From the NCBI GenBank assembly GCA_965285935.1, contig OZ260664.1, positions 81,902,001-81,966,000 on the forward strand: a DNA stretch of 64,000 bases, read 5' to 3'. Made by a program: the position numbers and the translations under genes. Under the pieces are notes generated by a model that saw nothing but the letters and a program-made list of their open reading frames with translations, was not told the DNA's origin and did no database searches. The DNA comes from Ophelia neglecta (lineage: Eukaryota). This document shows positions 62,483 to 64,000 of the stretch, in pieces (the stretch's first letter is position 1; every line of letters starts with the position of its first letter).

Positions 62483-64000
62483 TCCAAAACTACTTAAATT
62501 TCGTTTTAGTATCATTGAAATATATCCGAAACAGTAAATTCTGCCAACAGCGACCTCGACCCACGGATTATGGTAGGGTTAGTATCAGAGTAGGGGATAT
62601 TAAAATTATTTCAGTCCATTTAAAATTGGGGATAAGAAGGGTTTGACAAATATATTTTAATCCTTTTTAAAATATGTTGATCTTTCAGGTTCAGGCACCC
62701 TCTCTTTTGTATTGTTTAAAAAAAGGAAGGCTTGGGGCCACGAGACAAAATAATTGGGCGCCAACATTTCTTCTAGCCCCCCCCCCCCCCCACCCCTTCA
62801 AAAATCTAATGGTGCGTTATTTAGATATATATATAAACGGGAGCTATGAAAATGTATTTAATTGTTCCAGATAAAATGAGATCTGCGTTCTACCTATTCA
62901 TATTCTGTTTTTGTAAAATGTCAAATAAAAATGTGAAAAGGCGTTTTACATGAATAACGAAAATATTTGTACAAACCTATGAAGTATATGAGAATAATTC
63001 ATTAACTGTCTGAATATAATTTAGATAGCAGTTAAAAACTAAGTCAGACTAATTAAAGTGGAAACAAGTGTGAACAAGTATATTTTTGGTTTTAACTAAT
63101 AACTCTGTCAACATCTGGTATATAATAGGGGGAAAAGACAGAAATCTGGAGCAGGTGTCCCCGGTGGTGCGGGGGTACCCCAAGCGGCGGTGGTGGCCGC
63201 GGTGGGACCGGTGGCGGTGGCGGCAGTGGGAGAGTTGGTGAGGCCTCTGTTAACAGCCCTAATATAGACCATTTATCTATGTACAATCATGTACAACGAT
63301 TCTAGATACAAAAGTGCCAAGGATCATCTAATGTAACAGTAGACATGCATAAACAGGGACACTCCGAAGGTCATTTTAGACGTACTGCACTCGTTCACAA
63401 TGTTTAGTAACTATGTATATCAACCACACTGTGAGTGTGAACAGATCGACGCATTGCCTAGACTTTACCACAGTGAAGAGAGTGATGACCGTACTTGTTT
63501 ATAAACAGATACATTAAGAGTGCACTTCCTTTACCAATCAGAGTATTGCCATCCCAACAAATTTACTTTCTATTACGACATTTAATGACAATTTATTACA
63601 TCGTAGTAATAACATTACTTAATTCTTAATTTTTGGCATGTTCGAAAGCTGGATACAGATATCCGAGGTACAGACCGTATTAAACAGAAATGTTAACCCG
63701 GTAATTGTATCAAGTTCTCATTTCTGTCGCGATATGACGAATGAATGGACAGGGATGACATTACCGAACAAAAGGATGATATGATCTATTACTCACATTT
63801 TATAACACAGGATACGAATGAGCAAAAAGGTCACTTAGAAACCTATTATTACAGCCGGTTGCCATTTCCTTGAACAACATAGAAACAAACAGCTCAAATG
63901 TTTTATATCTCTATGTGACTTTCGAAGCGAGGGGCCACAAACGTGCATATATCATGCCTGTGTTAATTTCCACATTTACTTTATATAGCTTCACCACCTT

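Noticed and set aside
33854-64000. Numerous 60-145 aa ORFs in the supplied track
   Set aside because: No recognisable domains, composition typical of AT-rich non-coding DNA, many non-ATG starts, and no consistent splice chains.

Overview
AT-rich, intron-containing animal genomic DNA. The repeat content suggests a marine invertebrate, but the taxon cannot be fixed from the sequence. There are no CRISPR arrays or prokaryotic features. The window contains: (1) the last five coding exons of a CEP43/FGFR1OP orthologue (+, 1228-5607); (2) a complete DPY19L3-type tryptophan C-mannosyltransferase gene (+, 9648/15914-33853; 17 coding exons per isoform; 751 or 738 aa by hand splicing); (3) an intronless UDP-glycosyltransferase nested antisense in DPY19L3 intron 4 (-, 22047-23615); (4) about 27 kb of mostly non-coding DNA with a candidate TATA/Inr promoter and uORF-rich leader exon, a decayed LINE, several MITEs and an assembly gap. 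The most striking observation is a 39-bp (13-codon) minisatellite built from the end of DPY19L3 exon 11 plus its own 5' splice site. It gives about 20 tandem units, and the donors of the first nine are in frame and stop-free, so donor choice could set the length of a protein loop. CEP43 shows the same junction-duplication pattern. DPY19L3 also has two paralogous, mutually incompatible first coding exons that swap the N-tail, TM1 and the start of the catalytic loop, and it appears to use two GC-AG introns. All homology statements come from recalled family sequences, not database searches.
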